From Octopus sinensis (lineage: Eukaryota): a stretch of 64,000 nt of DNA. Under the pieces are notes generated by a model. That model searched no databases. It saw only the letters and a program-made list of their open reading frames with translations, and was not told the origin of the DNA. Both the position numbers and the translations under genes were made by a program. The stretch spans positions 72,044,001 to 72,108,000 of the forward strand of contig NC_043009.1 of the NCBI RefSeq assembly GCF_006345805.1. The letters are read 5' to 3'. Position 1 is the stretch's first letter, and the number at the start of each line of letters is the position of its first letter. This document shows, piece after piece, positions 41,873 through 56,499 of the stretch.

Positions 41873-42291
41873 CTCTTTACTCTTTTACTCTTTTACATGT
41901 TTCAGTCATTTGACTGTGGCCATGCTGGAGCACCACCTTTAGTCGAGCAAATCAACCCCGGGACTTATTCTTTGTAATCCTAGTACTTATTCTATCGGTC
42001 TCTTTTGCCGAACCGCTAAGTGACGGGGACGTAAACACACCAGCATCGGTTGTCAAGCAATGCTAGGGGTACAAACACAGACACACAAACACATACACAT
42101 ACATATACATATATATATACATATATACGACAGGCTTCTTTCAGTTTCCGTCTACCAAATCCACTCACAAGGCATTGGTCGGCCCGGGGCTATAGCAGAA
42201 GACACTTTCCCAAGATGCCACGCAGTGGGACTGAACCCGGAACCATGTGGTTGGTTAGCAAGCTACTTACCACACAGCCACTCCTGCGCCT
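41873..42291 (-). mobile_element. tRNA-derived SINE family A, full length (~420 bp)
   Basis: Minus strand GGCGCAGGAGTGGCTGTGTGGTAAG (A box), GGGTTCAGTCCC (B box), internal TA/TG tract, tail GACTGAAACATGTAAAAGAGTAAAAGAG. Also at 56808-57165(-) and partial at 21460-21620(+), 25625-25790(+). Confidence 0.9.
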
Positions 42292-42774
42292 GTCTAGTTT
42301 TTATATACTTTTTTAAGCCCTTTAGAAAAATAAATTAGTAGGTAAACTCTTCCTAACATGCATACATATTCTGCCATATACTCACATACAAGGTAGTGTA
42401 TATAAATTTATATATATATATACACACATATATCTATTTATATGCACACGTATATACTGCTTACATTCTTATCATTGTTGCTACTTATATTAATATACAT
42501 TTTAAAATATTTGCACAAGGCCAGCAATTTCAGGGGCTGTTGGGGCTAAGTCAATTAAACTAACCCCAATGCTCAACCGGTATTTATTTTATTGACCCAG
42601 AAATAATGAAAGGCAAAGTCAACCTCGGTGGCATTTGAACTCAGCACGTAAAGATAGACGAAATACTGCTAAGCCATTTGCCCAGCATGCTAACGATTCT
42701 GCCAAGTTGCTGCCTTACCATTTATGCTAATATTAATATATGCTGAGTTTTGGAATACATTTCACAAGCTCCTT

Positions 42775-43390
42775 TTGTACCTCGATAATAAATGTCAGGG
42801 ACTTCATTACTGCAGCTGGTGACTTCAATGAATTTCATGGTGCGCAGCAGGGAGGTTCCAGCTTGGGCTCAAGAAATGAGGAGGCAATGAGGCTGCTGGA
42901 CTTCTCTGATGCAAATGACCAGATGACTGACCTGCAACACTAATTCCAGAAAATCAAACATCTGCCTGATCAACAGTTAGCGTGGGGTGGAGAACACAAG
43001 CCAGATCGACCAAATCTTTACCAGAAAAAGAGATAACAATAGCTATTAGTAAATGCAAAGTCTCTCAACATCGGTGACTGGTTAGTGGCTTCAGCATTAA
43101 CCCGCTTCGTCTTCAGATTACTCGATCAAATGTAAGACTCATTTATTCACATTGTTTTTTTATCAATCATCCATTATCTTGTAACTTTGAGATTTTGAAG
43201 ATGTGACCATATTTTCAGACTGACATGTAGGCTAGGTGTGAGAGGCTGGATCTAGTTGGTATGAATATAAAACTGGTACAGTATTTTGGCCTGATATGGC
43301 CAGTTTAAATGCTAAAGGGTTAAAGCTAGAAGGACTCAGGGGAAAAAAACCATGGAAAAGAAGAATGTGGAAGCTGAAAGAGACAGCAAT
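42775..43390 (+). pseudogene. RTE-type AP-endonuclease fragment interrupted by a TTAA MITE
   Basis: AAGDFNEFHG..GSRNEEAMRLLDF..FQK..SQIDQIFTRK, resuming after the MITE (43097-43323) with KKPWKRRMWKLKE. GDFN, RN.EG..LL.F and QID are APE motifs. Confidence 0.7.
43097..43323 (-). mobile_element. piggyBac-type MITE family 1 with TTAA on both sides
   Basis: TTAACCC..TGCTAAAGGGTTAA; reverse complement of 20640-20868. Confidence 0.8.
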
Positions 43391-43531
43391 CGGCCATTTA
43401 GAGTGCCAATGCCCAATGCCAAACTCAACTTGGTTTCTACAGCTGATGTCTTTCCCAATGCCAACCACATCACAGTGTGTGCCTTTTCATGCCACTGGCA
43501 CTAGTGAGGTTGCTGAGTAGCCTCACACATA

Positions 43532-43570
<39 letters not shown>

Positions 43571-43758
43571 ATATATATATATATCATTATCATTGCCATT
43601 ATTTAACATCTGTTTTCCATGCTGGCATGGGTTGGACGGTTTGACTAGACGTGGAAAATTCGAGAGCTGCACCAGGTTCCAGTCTGATGCATTTACATGA
43701 ACATTATATATAGATGGAGGCGTGTGTGTGAATTTATATAAACATATAAATGTGTATG

Positions 43759-43796
<38 letters not shown>

Positions 43797-43824
43797 CATA
43801 TACTTACATATACATATACATACA

Positions 43825-44210
43825 TATCATCACCATCATCATCATCGTTTAGCGTCCGTTTTCCATGCTAGCATGGGTTGGACGGTTCTACTGGGGTCTG
43901 TGAAGCCAGAAGGCTTCATCAGGCCCAGTCAAATCTGGCAGTGTTTCTACGGCTGGATGCCCTTCCTAACGCCAACCACTCCGAGAGTGAAGTGGGTGCT
44001 TTTTACGTGCCACCCGCACTGGTGCCAGACAGAGCTGGCAAACGGCCACGAACGGATGGTGCTTTTTATGTGCCACCGGCACGAGGGCCAGGCGAGGCTG
44101 GCAATGGAAACGAAACGGGGCGGTGCTGGCAACGGTCGCGAAACGGAAAGTTCTCTTACATGCCACCGGCACTGGTAACACATCTGCAATTTCCATTGAT
44201 CGATTTCAAT
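43825..44210 (-). mobile_element. RTE LINE 3' end
   Basis: (CAT)n, conserved end and sub-repeats. Confidence 0.88.
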
Positions 44211-44354
44211 ATACATACATATATATATACATACATATATATATACATACATATATATATACATACATATATACATACATATATATATACATACATACAT
44301 ATATACATACATACATATATACATACATACATATATACATACATACATATATAC

Positions 44355-44419
<65 letters not shown>

Positions 44420-44476
44420 CATATACATACAGACATATACATCATCATCATCATCATCATCATCGTTTAGCGTCCG

Positions 44477-44519
<43 letters not shown>

Positions 44520-44555
44520 CATACATATACATACATATATATATATATATATACA

Positions 44556-44943
44556 TCGCCAGCCTCGTCTGGCACCTGTGTCAGTGGCACATAAAAAACA
44601 CCAACCGAGCGTGGCCGTCTGCCAGCCTCGTCTGGCACTTGTGTCGGTGGCACATAAAAACACCATCCGAGCGTGGCCGTCTGCCAGCCTCGTCTGGCAC
44701 TTGTGTCGGTGGCACATAAAAAACACCATCCGAGCGTGGCCGTTCTCCAGCCTCGTCTGGCACCTGTGTCGGTGGCACATAAAATCACCCACTACACTCT
44801 CGGAGTGGTTGGCGTTAGGAAGGGCATCAGGCTGTAGAAACACTGCCAGATCTGACTGGCCTGGTGCAGCCTTCGGGCTCCCCATCCAACCCATGCAGCA
44901 TGGAAAGCGGACGTTAAACGATGATGATGATGATGATGATGAT
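44556..44943 (+). mobile_element. RTE LINE 3' end with ~4 tandem ~57-bp units (same subfamily as 26909-27780)
   Basis: GCCAGCCTCGTCTGGCACCTGTGTCGGTGGCACATAAAA units, then conserved end and (GAT)n. Confidence 0.9.
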
Positions 44944-45022
44944 ACATATATATATACATATATATACATACATATATACATATATATGTGTGTGTGTGTG
45001 TATATATATATATATGTGTGTG

Positions 45023-45062
<40 letters not shown>

Positions 45063-45285
45063 GGCGCATATCCGTCTGTGCGTCTATGTAGCTCTTAGTG
45101 ATAATCCCTCACTACATGACAGTGACACTTGCTAGTTTGCGTTTGTGCCTCTGTAACTCAGTTGTTTGTCAAATATTACCCAACAGAAAATGTATTAGAC
45201 TTAAAATATGGAGCAGGTTCCATTTGATAAACAAAACCCTTCAACCTAGTGCCTAACCATGGCTAAAGTTCAATGACTGGAACAG

Positions 45286-45328
<43 letters not shown>

Positions 45329-45357
45329 GGAATAATTACTATGAAGCATTGTGTAGG

Positions 45358-45672
45358 ATATCTTGTATAAAGGATCGTGGGTAGGGCCAGAACAATGCGA
45401 AGTAAATGCAAGGCAAATCCCAAGAAAACAAATATATGAATTAATGTAGACTTTCCTTGCATTCAATATGACCCCATTTTCAGGAAACTGACAAATGTTG
45501 CCGATGTGCACATATCAGCAATATTCGTCAATTTCTTGAAAATGGGGTCATAACCCCAAAATATTGAATGCAAGGAAAGTCTACATTAATTCATATATTT
45601 GTTTTGTTGGGATTTGCCTTGCATTTACTTTACATTGTTCTGGCCCTACCCACGATCCTTTATACAAGATAT
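45358..45672. repeat. 315-bp near-perfect spacerless palindrome
   Basis: Arms 45358-45508 and 45509-45672, centre ATGTG|CACAT; about 8 mismatches plus 2-nt and 11-nt indels. Confidence 0.95.
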
Positions 45673-45951
45673 ATATATATATTACACACACACACACATT
45701 TTATATTAATTCATAATTATATAATATAATGATATTGAAGAGTGCAGATAAACCACATCAACACGCTAGAAGCAGATACCAAATGGCTCTAAAAACCACA
45801 TCTACACTCCATTAGCACAGGTTGTAAGTGGGCAGAAGAAAAATAAATAAGAATTTTTTTTATAAAATTTGATCACCTGTATGGTTTTTAATTTGACGCT
45901 GGCCACTTGATGAAATCATTAAAGTGGCTTTTATCCATAATTTTGTATAAA

Positions 45952-46240
<289 letters not shown>

Positions 46241-48929
46241 TACATATTCTTTTATTCTTTCACTCATTTCAGCCATGTGGCTGCAGTCATGCTGGAGCAA
46301 TAAGTTTGTAAAAAAATACTCAATCCAGTCACAATGTTCAAAGAAAGATTTCTAAAAAGTTATTAAATCTTTACGAAATTTTTCTTATTTAGAAAATAAA
46401 ATGAGCTGAACCTTTTGGAGAGAAGTTTTCTATTGTTCGTTACACACACACACACACACACATACAGTGTCTGGTATTTGTTCTATGAGTCTGTTTTGCT
46501 GGACTGCTAAGCTATGTGAATATAAACAAACCAACTCCCTGCAAATGATTAGGAAGAACTAACAACCATGATGACATAGACACATACCTAAAGAAACACA
46601 CACACACGCGCGTGCGCGCATATATGTATGCATATAAATACACATGCAAACATATGTATACATATATATGTACACAGACACACACACACATACACGCACG
46701 CACACACTCACACACGAGAGAGACAGAGAGAGTCTAGTCTTTTTGTGCTCATTACTTATTGTGTGAATATATATATATATATATATACACACACATGCAT
46801 GCATACATACATACATACATAAACAATGATGAAATGATAACAAACCAGTGCATGTGTTATTATTAGCATAATGACTCTCCCAAGACTCAACAATATATAT
46901 CTATATATTAAGATTTGCACATAAGAAAGGCTTCTATCCAGTTTCTCTTGACCTTGTACATAATTTTATAGGCATGTATGTGTTCAATATAAGTAATGTT
47001 ATTTGAATATAAGTATGTATGTATATACATAGTCACAAATTTATAAATATCCATTTGTATGCATGCATGCACATATATACATAAGATATTGTATATATAA
47101 AAGTACAAATAAATTATATATACACGCGCACGCGCGCGCGCGCACACACACACACACGCGCGCGCGAGCACACACACACACATGCGCGTGCAAGCACACA
47201 CACACACACACACTTATATGCAGATAAATACATGTATATATATTCATATATATACTAATTCATTATATATATGTGTGTGTGTGTGTGCTTGCATGCACAC
47301 ACATGTGTGCAGGCTTATAAGTCTGTGTATACTATACGTATGTCAGTGTACGTATATGAATATATATAATATTATGTATACATGGAGTGTATGTGCGAGT
47401 GTGTGCATGCATATATATATATATATGCATATATAGAGACACACACACACATATACACCTATTGAGACACCCAGGTATAGACACATAAATGACCGTGCAT
47501 GCATGTGTAACCAAAAAATTTATTAAATCAAAAAAGCAAGGAAAAGATAGTCAGAAAATCTTACCTTTGATATGTGTTTAATATAATAATAATAATAATA
47601 ATAATAATGATGATAATGATAATAATAATAACAATGATGATTTAACAAATTAAGAACATTAAGCAACTGTAGATAATAACCAAATTCATGATTTTAAAAT
47701 TTCCTTTTTTCCAAATTAAAATTAATTAATTAAATGATATGAGATACTTATTGCAAAGGAGCTTTTTTGTTTGTTTGCTTTTTCTTTTTTGCCTTTTTTT
47801 TTTTTGGTGGAGAGGCTTTTTTGTTTGTTGCTGTTGGTGGTGGTTGTGTTGGTGATGGAGTTATTCCTTTGGCGTTTCGACTACCAAAACAAAACTAATG
47901 GAACATCTCTTAAGAGGGGAACCAGTTGCAGGCAGGCAACTTTCTCTCCCTAGCTTCCTTCCTTCCTCCTTGTCTCTAGTTCAAGTAAATCATCCGCTGA
48001 AAATAACTGGAGATGCTGCTGTTGTTGTTGTTGTTGTTGCATTGAGCTTCATTGGTAGCAGACCACACTCCCCTTCACTGCAGTAAACAACACTCTTTTT
48101 AACATTCTCTTCTTTGTTCTTTAATTCTTTAGTATTATGATCAATCATTTCAATCGTACTCAAGCGTAACACATTAAATGTTGTTGTGTGTTTAGCCCTA
48201 GGTCAGCTGGTCAAACAGACAGGCCTATCATCAAAAGCATTCCATGCCTGATCTTTTGTCCCCCATCCAGTTATATAAATAGGATTGTCTACATCACACC
48301 CCTACATTTTTCACATAGCAATGTAATTTGAAGGAGAATTGGCTGCTCTTTCTAGCACATGAAGCAACCAACTCAAGACTTCTTCATTAACTCAATAAAT
48401 ATTTACTCGGTGTTGTTGTTGTTGTTGTTGCTTAGCCCCAAATCAGCCCAGAATAAATTGGTAATTCCAGTGCAGGGAATACAAAGACGGGTCTCCCATT
48501 CCTGCATAACTTACACACAACTGCCATCCATTATTGTTTTCAAATTTTGACACAAGGCCAGCAATTTGGGGGAGGGGTGTAAGTCTATTACACTGACCCT
48601 AGTATGCAACTGGTACTTATTTTATAGACCCCTGAATGAACGAAGGGCAAAGTTGACTTCAGCGGAATTTGAACTCAGAAAGTAAAAATGGACAAAATGC
48701 TGCAAAGCCTTTTGCCTGGCACAGAAACAATAATTCTGTGGCCAGCTTGCCACCTTACCACTACTGAATATTACAACAGATTTCACACAGGACCCTATAC
48801 AATCACCACCCACAGAATAAATACAACTCACACAAAAATCAATAAAGAAACTTCTTAATGTCTTCTAGATATACTAACCAAAATCTTTCTCAAAGAATGT
48901 TATACTGCCTTCAAAAGAAACGAAACATT

Positions 48930-49150
48930 AATTACATTATTTACATTGGATGGATATTTGTCTTCATCTTGTTTGTTGTTAACACAACGTTTCGGCTGAT
49001 ATACCCTCCAGCCTTCATCAAGTGTCTTGGGGAAATTTCGAACCTGGGGTCTTATTCCTAAGGTATTTTTCGATGATATTATTATTATTCAGGTCATTGC
49101 CTGGAATTGAACTCAGAATCTTGGGGTTAGTAGCTCATACTGTTAACCAT
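48930..49150 (-). mobile_element. tRNA-headed short retroelement carrying a minimal hammerhead motif
   Basis: Minus strand: TGGTTAACAG..GCTACTAACCCC..GAGTTCAATTCC (tRNA-like head, B box), then GACAC-TTGATGA-A-GGCTG-GAGGGTATAT-CAGCC-GAAACGTT-GTGTT. Confidence 0.7.
48981..49026 (-). ncRNA. Type I minimal hammerhead-ribozyme-like motif (this copy has C3->U)
   Basis: Stem I GACAC/GUGUU, core UUGAUGA (consensus CUGAUGA), stem II GGCUG/CAGCC, GAAA, palindromic AACGUU in place of stem III, as in Penelope-associated minimal hammerheads. Confidence 0.55.
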
Positions 49151-50587
49151 GAGATTGAAGACGCGATGATGGTGATAATAATGACCATTTCTGATTTAAG
49201 CACGAAGCTAGAAGTTTTAAGGGGAGGGGATGGTCAGTTACATCAACACCCCCACTACTTGACTGGTACTTTTTATTGACCATGGAAGAGTGAAAGGTAA
49301 AGTTGGCTGTGGCATGATTTGAACTACAAGACATTGCTTTGATGCTCTATTCAGTCAGTTTGTTCTTCTTAAATAATTATTTCTAACGAAAGTAAAGGTT
49401 GAAAATTTGGGGGAAGAGGTCAGTCAGTTATCCTGACCTCAGCACTTGATTGGTACTTATTCATCTCCAAAATGATAAAAAAAAAAACAAAGTTGACTTG
49501 AGCAGGATTTGAACTCAGGAAGTAAAGAGTTGGATCATAAACTGTAGGGGATTTAGTTCAACATTTAAACAATTCTGCCAGCAGAAAGCCGTGAAGGGGA
49601 GAGTGAAGTTGGTCATATTCACTGCAGAACTTGGCCAGTATTTATTTTATTGACCCCAAAAGAATGAAGAACAAAGTCAACCCAGCCAGAATTTGAACAC
49701 CAAACATCGGTAAGGAAATTGGATTGCAGAATTAGCAGAGCATCTGACAGAATATAGTCTTTGGCAACATTACTGTACATTGCTTTTTATTCTGAAGCCA
49801 GCACCAGCACCTGTGCCAGTGTCATGTGAAAAGCATCCATGTTGGTGCCACCACATATAAGGCACTCATGCTGGTGCCATGTAAAAAGCATCCAGTACAG
49901 TCTGTAAAATGGTTGGCATTAGAACAGGTGTCCAGCCATAGAATCTGTACCAAAACAGACAACTGGAGCACGGTGCAGCTCTCCGGCTTGCCAGCTCTTG
50001 TCAAACCATCCAACCCATTCCAGTAGGAAAATAGACACCAAATGATGATGATGATGATGATGATGACAATTCTGCCAATAAAATAAGATGGTGTTCAGGA
50101 ATTTGTTATTGGATTTAAATTCTTTATGGCACTTAAGAAAGGCATCCATTTGTAATGGCTGCAGGTATGGCTTATCACTCAGAAGTATGCTTTGCAGTTG
50201 TAGGGTTTTGGTGGTTGGTCTTCTGTTGTAGGCTTCCGATAAACACAAGCGATGTAGGTGTAATTTGGTTGACAGAAACTATATGGATGCCTCTCCAAAG
50301 GTGGACATTGGGTGATTTAAGTGGTGTGCACTCGGTGAAAAACATTCAACTTAAGTTTCCAATCTGACGGCCAAACTTGGAATATATTTAACTGAAATAA
50401 TGCATAATTAATTCTCTAAACACATTGACAGATTACACATTAATGTAGACGTAGGCACATTCTTGAAATATAGCAAAGCTGTGGATATTGTTGGGGAAAT
50501 TGTGACATAGTAGCCGTTAGCTTTGAATAATTTCCAAGATGTATATAAGAAAGAAAACCATTAGGTACCTCTCAAACCAGGATTAAT

Positions 50588-50627
<40 letters not shown>

Positions 50628-50699
50628 TTAATAATAATGAGGAGGAGGGGGATGGGGAGGAGGAGGGGGAGAAGAAGAAGAAGAAGAAGAAGAAGAAGG

Positions 50700-50907
50700 C
50701 AACAACGATGATGACCATCCTGTATCAGACCCTAACCAATATTTTTGTAAGGCTTGATGGAGAGCAAGTAAACCAGTGTGAAAGTCAACAATGGCTGAAA
50801 AGTTCTCCATTGGAACAGAAACAGGTGTGATTCTAGCTGCAAAGAGCAATGTCTATCCAGAAAAAGGCTAAAAACCCGTGAAAGAAGATGCAATGAGTAG
50901 AAAGAGA

Positions 50908-50963
<56 letters not shown>

Positions 50964-51960
50964 ACCAAATCGTATCTGACTGCTTAGTTGTTGCCAAGTG
51001 TGAGTAGATACAAAAAGTACAATAAAGTTGGCAGCCATGTCCAGTGGGTAAATATATTAATATTGCAATGCGGAAATGGACAAGAGATGGATTAAACAAA
51101 GGACATGACAAATCAGCCACAAAGGGATCAAAGTAAACTGTTTTATCATTAGCATATCATCATTTGACGTCTGTTTTTCATGCTGGTGTGAGTTGGACGG
51201 TTTGACAAGAGCTGGCAAGGCCAGCAACCGCAACAGGCTCCACTGTCAGTTTTGGCATGGTTTCTACAGTTATATGACCCTTCTAATGCCAACCACTTTA
51301 CAGAAATGTACTCAATGTTTTTTATGTGGCAACAGCACCAAATTTTCGATATAATAATCAAGGACAACATTCAAGTGTGGTCACTGCTAGTGCCACCGGA
51401 CTGGCGCCCATGCAGGTAGCATGTAAAAAACACCTGAGCGTGGTCTTTGCCAGTACTGCCTGACTGGCCCTCGTGCCGGTGGCACATAAAAAGCACTCAC
51501 TACACACTCAGAGTGGTTGGTGTTAGGAAAAGTATGCAGCTGAAGAAATTTTGCCAGATCAGATTGAGGTTGGTGCAGTTTTCTGGCTCGCCAGTCCTCA
51601 GTCAAACCGTCCAACCCATGCCAGCATGGAAAGCGGACATTAAACAACGATGATGATGATGATGATGGACTGGAATGAAGATACTTGCATTCAGGAGATG
51701 GACATAATGATAATTTCTGGCCAAAACATTGACCAAAAAGAAGTGGAGAAACATTAAAAATATAAATATAAAAATAAAACAAGTTCTAATAATTTCATGA
51801 TGGAAAAGGAAAACCTGAACAACAATAAACACACCATACCAGGGATCAAAACATTGTATGCAATCAAATATGGTAAAAGCCGAACAAAAGAAGAAACAAA
51901 AACAGAAACTTGCTTAGATTCAATCTACATCAACCACAAGGCACTCAGTGCAACAACACA
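50700..51960 (+). mobile_element. Old R4/Dong-like LINE fragment interrupted by (GA)n and two RTE tails
   Basis: SQQWLKSS..ET..ILAA, RCNE.KESV..IVSDC..AK.E.., then after 51670 ..NIDQKEVEK.*KYK; parallels 53953-54673. Preceded by (TAA)n and (GAA)n. Confidence 0.55.
51370..51667 (+). mobile_element. RTE LINE 3' end
   Basis: Matches ~1450-1745. Confidence 0.85.
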
Positions 51961-52832
51961 ATTCAAAGGGTGCAGTTACTGCACTCAGCACAAACCCTAC
52001 ACAATAACCAGCCAATCAAATAACAACTCACACAACACAAACTTTCCATGACCAACACCCAATAAAATAACACAATACACAGTCCTCTACAACACCAGTA
52101 ACCCAAATAATTCATGTTTTATCCACAGCCGCAACCCATTAATGCAACACAAACCATTCACTGTACACACTTAGTGTCTGACATGAAAAGCCACGACACC
52201 AGTCACACAGCACACACGAAACATACCAGCCACCCATCAAAATAATGTGACTCACATTGTACATACTCTACACTTACATACTCTATGTTTGTGTTGTATA
52301 TATTCTACGCTTACCGAAGAAACTCTAAAACACCATCAGGAACAAGCTAAATACCCTAACCAAACAAACCTTTCAGGAAATACAGATCTACATTCCAAAA
52401 CTATAAAGATGCAAAAAGCAGAGGACTACAGAGTCAGACTTGATGGAGTCACAGAGATTCCATAAAGATTCCACTGGGACTCATATAATTCCTAATATAT
52501 GCAGAAAGCCATATATTTTGGCAAGATGACTACAAGTGATTAATATTTGAAATGGATATTTATTCTAATGATCCTGAAAGAATGAAAATTAAAGTCAATC
52601 TTGGTAAGATTCAAATTCTGTACATGAAGGAGTGTAGCAAAATGCCACATGGTGTCTTGTCAGACATTCTATCAATTATACCATCCCACAATACTATGAA
52701 AGATTTTGTCTTTCACTTTACCAATTATAACTTCCAACACTAGCAGAAGACAATGCTTTACGGATTCTACAACCCACTGCTTCCACAAGACATTCTGTCT
52801 CTCAATTTATTGAATCTTACAACCTACCTTGC

Positions 52833-53927
<1,095 letters not shown>

Positions 53928-54862
53928 AAACACAACAAAAGCTATAAAGCAAATGAAATCAAAACTAAAACTAGAACAGCAACGGACCATGATAAAACGA
54001 TGGCAAGAAAAGCCCCTTCATGGTAAATACTGGACTAAACTAAATGCAAAAGAAATAGACAAAGAAAAATCCCAGCAATGGTTGAGAAGCTCAGGACTCA
54101 AAGCAGAGACAGAGGGATTTTTAATTGCAGCACAAGTCCAAAGCCTCCCCCATCAGAAATTACCAAAAACATGTAATGAAAAGAAATATTACAAGTAACT
54201 GCAGAATATGTGGAGATGGACAAGAAACAATAAATCATATTATCTCTGGCTGCCCAGTCCTGGCTAAGAATGAATATATTCACAGACACGACAGAGTTGG
54301 AACCTACATACACTGGAAGCTATGGCAACATTATGGAATAACAACAGAAAAAAGATGGTATAGGCACACACCTGAAAAGGTCACAGAAAACAAGAAAGCA
54401 ACCATACTCTGGGATATGCCGATACACACAGATAGAGAAATTAAGGCTAACAGACCAGATATAGTTGTCAGAGATCATGAAGAAAAAAAATGCTTTCTAA
54501 TTGATGTATCAATACCAGCAGATGACAACGTGTCTCTAAAAGAAATGGAGAAACTTTCAAAATACAAAGACCTGGAAATAGAGGTAACTAGAATGTGGAA
54601 TCGAAAAACAGAAACAATTCCTATCATAGTAGGTGCATTAGGCATGATAAAAAATATTCAGACAAATACATAACAAAAACACCAGGACTTACAAACACAT
54701 ATAACATAGAGAAAATTGCACTACTAGGCACTGCACACATCCTACGCACAACACTTTCAATACAGTAACCATCAGAGCATCACAACAACTCACAGCACAT
54801 ACCCAAGGCACACAGAGCTGCACTCGGTAGTGAAGTGAAAGCACGCTATAAAAATAAAACTA

Positions 54863-54865
<3 letters not shown>
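53928..54865 (+). mobile_element. R4/Dong-like RLE-LINE 3' fragment (CCHC knuckle plus PD..D endonuclease)
   Basis: WQEKPLHGKY..LKAETEGFLIAAQ; CRICGDGQETINHIISGC..RHD; NRPDIVVRD..LIDVSIP..KEMEKLSKYKDL. 3' UTR ends AATAAAACTACTG then (AAT)n. Confidence 0.92.
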
Positions 54866-54898
<33 letters not shown>

Positions 54899-54899
<1 letters not shown>

Positions 54900-55211
54900 G
54901 GTAGGGAGCATCATAGCCATGTGTTGAGAGGAATTCTCTGAGATTTGAATAATTTACCTCTGGAAACATGAGTGTTTCATTCAACATCCTTAAACAACCC
55001 TGGGCCACTTGACCTGAAGAAAATTCTAACTGGACCCCACCTGCAAGGTCATACACTGTTAATCTTATTATGAGATCACCATGTCACGCACATGTGGTTA
55101 TGATGCATGTGCCTGGTGCACCCTTATCAGACGGGTAGTCATGATGAGTATGCTGGGATTAGTAGATTTTACCCCAGTATCACTCTGATGGCATGCACTG
55201 CTCGCTCACTC
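54899..55211 (+). mobile_element. Probable 3' UTR of another non-LTR element ending in (AAT)n
   Basis: Non-simple segment bounded by TAA tracts on both sides, ending CTCACTC-AATAATAAT. No coding evidence. Confidence 0.4.
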
Positions 55212-55488
55212 AATAATAATAAGAAGAATAACAATAATAATCCTTTCTACTAAAGGCACAAGGCCTGAAATTTTGAGGGGAGGGATAAGTCGATTATGTC
55301 AACCCTAGTGCTTAACTGGTACCTATTTTATTGACCCTGAAAGGATGAAAGGCAAAGTCAACATCAGTAGAATTTGAACTCAAAACATAAAGATGAACAA
55401 AATGTTACTAAGAATTTTGCTTGGTGTACTAATGATTCTGCCAGCTTGCTTACTTAATAATAATAATAATAATAATAATAACAATAAC

Positions 55489-55525
<37 letters not shown>

Positions 55526-55761
55526 GTTTTGAATTTTGCCATGAGGGTAGCAATTGTTGGGGGGAGAGGATGAATCAATTACATCAATCCCCAGGGTTCA
55601 AATGGTATTTATTTTATTGACCCCAAAAAGGATGAAAGATAAAGCTGACCTCAGTAGAATTTGAACTCAGAATGTAGCAACAGGCAAAATACTGCTAAGC
55701 ATTTCATCTGGCACGTTAACCATTTTGCCAGCTTTCCGCCTTAATAATAATAATAATAATA

Positions 55762-55792
<31 letters not shown>

Positions 55793-56499
55793 CGCCGACG
55801 CTGACGATGATAATCCTTTCTTCTATAGATACAAGGCCTGAACATTTTGATGGGACAGGACTAGTTTTTTACATTTCAAGCATATGCTCTTTAACAGAGA
55901 GAATAGATGAGGAAGAGGAAAGAAATGGAGAGAGAAAAGTACAAATGTACCTCAATCAGACAGTCAGCACATACTGAAATGCCCAGTTGAGGAAGGGGTC
56001 TCTAGAGGTGTGAGTGGCAAGGGGGATAACTGTGATCCCGATGTATACGTGTGAGCATGCATGTGCTCGTGTGTATGTGTGTCCATGTTTTGTGTTTTTG
56101 TATGTGTATGGTGCTATCAGACATCTGCATATGAGTGTGTATGAAGTTATAGTGTGCATGTGTACTGTTTGTGTTTATGCCAGTCTAAATGTATGTACAT
56201 GTGTGATGAGGATGTTATGTGTGACAGAAGTGGTAAGGGTTCAGAAGTGTAGATGGGTTATTATATCCCTGCTGCTATAAGTGTAAAGATGGACAGTGCA
56301 GAGACTGTAATGGAAATGTCCATTCTAGTGTGAATGAACAAGAAGGAGGGAATGTGAAGGTGTATGTATATGCTGTTTGATTCAGTTGTTGTGTGTGGGG
56401 TTGGGTAATGAGTTCAACAGAGTATTACAGGTACGTGTAGAGTAGAAGATGAGGGGACAGTAGGAATTTAAAAGGTGGATGGTGTGTGTGAAAGAGGAG

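Noticed and set aside
49095-49150. tRNA gene (also 25820-25880, 42220-42290, 62155-62215)
   Set aside because: A/B boxes are present but no acceptor stem or full cloverleaf; these are SINE heads.
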